DNA of 64,000 nt, taken from positions 8,308,001 to 8,372,000 of the forward strand of contig NC_042999.1 in assembly GCF_006345805.1 (NCBI RefSeq), given 5' to 3'. The translations under genes and the position numbers were made by a program. Origin of the DNA: Octopus sinensis (Eukaryota). A model generated the notes under the pieces. That model saw only the letters and a list, made by a program, of their open reading frames with translations, made no database searches and had not been told where the DNA came from. Every line of letters starts with the position of its first letter. The stretch's first letter is position 1. Positions 61,348 through 64,000 of this stretch are shown here, piece after piece.

Positions 61348-63005
61348 CTATCAAGATCATACCAAGATCGAATTTTCTTTGCTGACCCAGGTTCAGAACC
61401 ATCAAAAGATAAATCACTGCTTTCAAAGACAGAACATAAATTACGTACAACGGTGTTATGTTCTTCGTCAGTGTTTGGTGAATATTCCAGTTGTTCTGGA
61501 GAAAACATATTTGAAAATTCCTGTGCTTTTGAAGTGTTTGTTAGATTTACGTTTTGAGATGCAATTGTTGGAGTTCTTGAAAATTCCAAAGCATAATTGT
61601 TTGTCTTTGATATATTTGCTGTGTCTTGAGAATCTTTGCTGTTTGGCATATTTTGATTCCTTTTGTAGATTTTAGTTGGCGAGAAGACAGGTGTGGTAAC
61701 TTTTAAAGCGTCACTAGATGGTTTAGCATTTGCAAGGAAGAAATTGTAAGGGGTGTGAACCCAACGTGGATGGGCTGGGTTACCAAATAAGGGTTTGACA
61801 TCAGGAGATTTTCTGTGAAAGCGCCATTCAGAATAAGGATTATCAGATAGGGTTTTGTTTCCTGAAAGGCAATTAAGGTTTGCTCTTTTGCTTGAGTTAC
61901 TTTCAGACCATTTAGAGGCAGAACCAATCAGGGAATCATGAGAATTCCACCTTTTACCCATGCCAAAAGGGCTCTTCAATGATTCCGAAGAATTTAAAGG
62001 CTTAAAGACTTCCTCCATATCTGACATCAGTGCTAAATCCTCAGCTGATGTTTGATGAGGGAAGTTTTGGGGAGAACATGGAACACTCCGTACCTTTCTT
62101 GGAAAATTGCTAAAGGGACTCTTTGATAAACTTTGATCTACGTTAACATTGTCGGATGTATTTTTCACATTTTTAAGAATTCCTTTTAAGGCCGACCCTT
62201 GCTTCGCTGACCTATTTTCAGTCTGTTTAGTGAAATTAAATGTCACATTATTTACTCTCTGTCGACTTGATGGTCTAGAAGGTTCTTCAAAAGATGGAAA
62301 ACTGTTCCTTGAAGAACTAAAAAGATTACGCCGGTCTTGTTCTTCTCTGTTACTCATTTCGTTATTTGAAATTAATTGATCAAGTTGTTGATCACTCCAG
62401 TACAGTCTTTGATATTTGTTTTGCTGACCCAGCTGATATTTATTTGGATTAAAATCTTGGATTATTTTCGAAGTATTTCCATTCTTATTAACCAGCAAAG
62501 TTTCAAAATTAGGGGCCAAATTGTCAGCTGCTTTTTCTCTGCTTCTCCAAATGTTTTGAGGAAAGCCGACATCACTTTTATCGGTTTGATTTCTATCTAC
62601 TTGGGACAAACAAGACATTGTACGGTATAGTTTTGGTGTGTCTGGACATGTTAGATTTCTGTCCTGTCCATCAACTACAGGACTTAAATGGAATGGGAAA
62701 GTGGACAGAGTTTGACGGGTTGGACTACTTGTTTTAGGAGTCGATTTATAGTTTTCTATGAGATATGGATTAGAAAAAGCCACCTCGTCTATATTTGCAT
62801 GAGATCTTGACAGGTAAAACGCATCACTTTTAAAAGATTGATCTAAATCCATGCTGTTCATTTTTAGGGCCTTCCTTTGCTGCCAAAGTAGACTTAATTC
62901 ATCTGATAAGATCTGTTTATCATATTCAGTCTTCAGAATTTGATCTTGCAGTTCGTTAAGGACTGTCTCAACTCCTTTCTGATAATCTTTTAGTTCCATT
63001 ACATC
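61348..63005 (-). CDS. Large internal exon (1,658 bp) of an unidentified host gene: N-terminal coiled-coil-like segment followed by an S/N/P-rich low-complexity region
   Basis: 551-codon non-repetitive ORF; acceptor ttttctttaag|GAT GTA ATG (phase 0) at 63006/63005; donor GATAG|GTAAGA at 61348/61347 overlaps the apparent TAA stop. Confidence 0.8.
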
Positions 63006-63209
63006 CTTAAAGAAAATTTAATATTCATATTAGTAATTATTAAATTGTACATATATTTACATAATGAGCAAAAGAAATTAAAATAGTCATCTGTGTATCA
63101 TACCTAATAGACATACAATATGGAAAGGCACGATGCTGTGGATTTTGAAAATAGAAATAATACATCTCTAAATCTCTCAGAGAGATTTATGCAGTAGCAG
63201 CAGCACGAT

Positions 63210-63470
63210 AAAGTGATTGGATGTTGTCAATTTAATGTGACAGTCCCATGAAAGGGAAGAATGCTACTGTTATTTAGCCCTAGGAAACACCGTTTCCTGT
63301 TGGACTTGACACATTCCCTGTGTCCTGTGTCCTGTCTCCACTTTGAAAACATAAGGACACAGGAAATGCTTCAAGTCCAACAGGAAACGGTGTTTCCTAG
63401 GGCTAAATAACAGTAGTATTCTTCCCTTTCATGGGACTGTCACATTAAGTTGACAACACACTATCACTTT
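63210..63470. repeat. About 260-bp foldback, a distant relative of the 46925-47870 module
   Basis: Arms about 110 bp, nearly perfect (tgttgtcaa...ttggacttga / tcaagtccaa...ttgacaaca); shares gaaaaYataaggacacag and cctRgggctaaat.acag motifs. Confidence 0.88.
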
Positions 63471-63864
63471 GCTGTTGTTTGTGTCTGAAAGGGAAAAAAT
63501 CTCTTCATAGACATTGTATTAAAAACACAATATAAAACAAGGTAAATACCATCTCAACAACAAATCAGATAATTTCAGCCTTTTCTGGCCTTGTCAATGA
63601 TGTGTACTTGCTTGTTACATGCCTAAATGAAATTCACCCCTCTGAGATAAAGGAAACAGTGGGTAATGCATTCACTGATATTGTGGAAAGTTTACTGGTC
63701 TGAAATAAAGTTGGTGTACGCAATTGAAATTGCATTAAATCAGATAACTATCTGTGTGCCATACATTGTGTATATACACCATTGAAAGGCATGCTGCAGT
63801 GATTTTGTCTGAGAGAAAAATCTCTTCATGTATTACAAACACAATATATATTGGTTTCTAATTT

Positions 63865-64000
63865 TGGTACAAGGCCAGCAATTTTGGTTGGGGGCAGAAC
63901 TAAGTCAATTATATTGAGGCCAGTAATCAATTGGTACTTATTTTATCAACCCCAAAAGGATGAACGTCAAAGCTAACCGCAACAGCATTTGAACTCAGGA
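63865..64000 (-). mobile_element. Family B SINE variant, truncated by the window edge
   Basis: ggtacttattttatcaaccccaaaaggatgaa...atttgaactcag. Confidence 0.65.

Overview
This is repeat-saturated, AT-rich eukaryotic genomic DNA. The SINE families and the density of (AAT)n, (CATA)n, (GAT)n and (TG)n resemble an octopus or other coleoid cephalopod genome; this is from recollection and was not verified. Contents: (1) the 5' 3.6 kb of a young, nearly intact Ty3/Gypsy (Mag-like) LTR retrotransposon on the minus strand, with LTR, tRNA-Leu-type PBS, gag and pol, and two 1-bp frameshifts; (2) remnants of RTE, CR1, R4/Dong-type (RLE) LINEs, a mariner and a Penelope-like (GIY-YIG) element; (3) dozens of tRNA-headed SINEs of at least six families, plus microsatellites and a 2.1-kb 10-bp satellite; (4) one well-supported 1,658-bp internal exon (63005-61348, minus) of an unidentified coiled-coil/low-complexity host gene, with weaker candidate exons downstream, so much of the window is probably intronic. 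Most long ORFs in the supplied track are microsatellite artefacts. The most interesting signal is a linked set of Penelope-related non-coding modules. There are five minimal type I hammerhead-ribozyme motifs in three families, each copy individually damaged. One family is a short tRNA-headed element carrying the hammerhead, and one copy of it sits directly behind the GIY-YIG ORF. Several head-to-head foldback structures are built from related sequences. Also notable are SINE dimers bracketed by a single target-site duplication and a five-fold tandem array of SINE heads.
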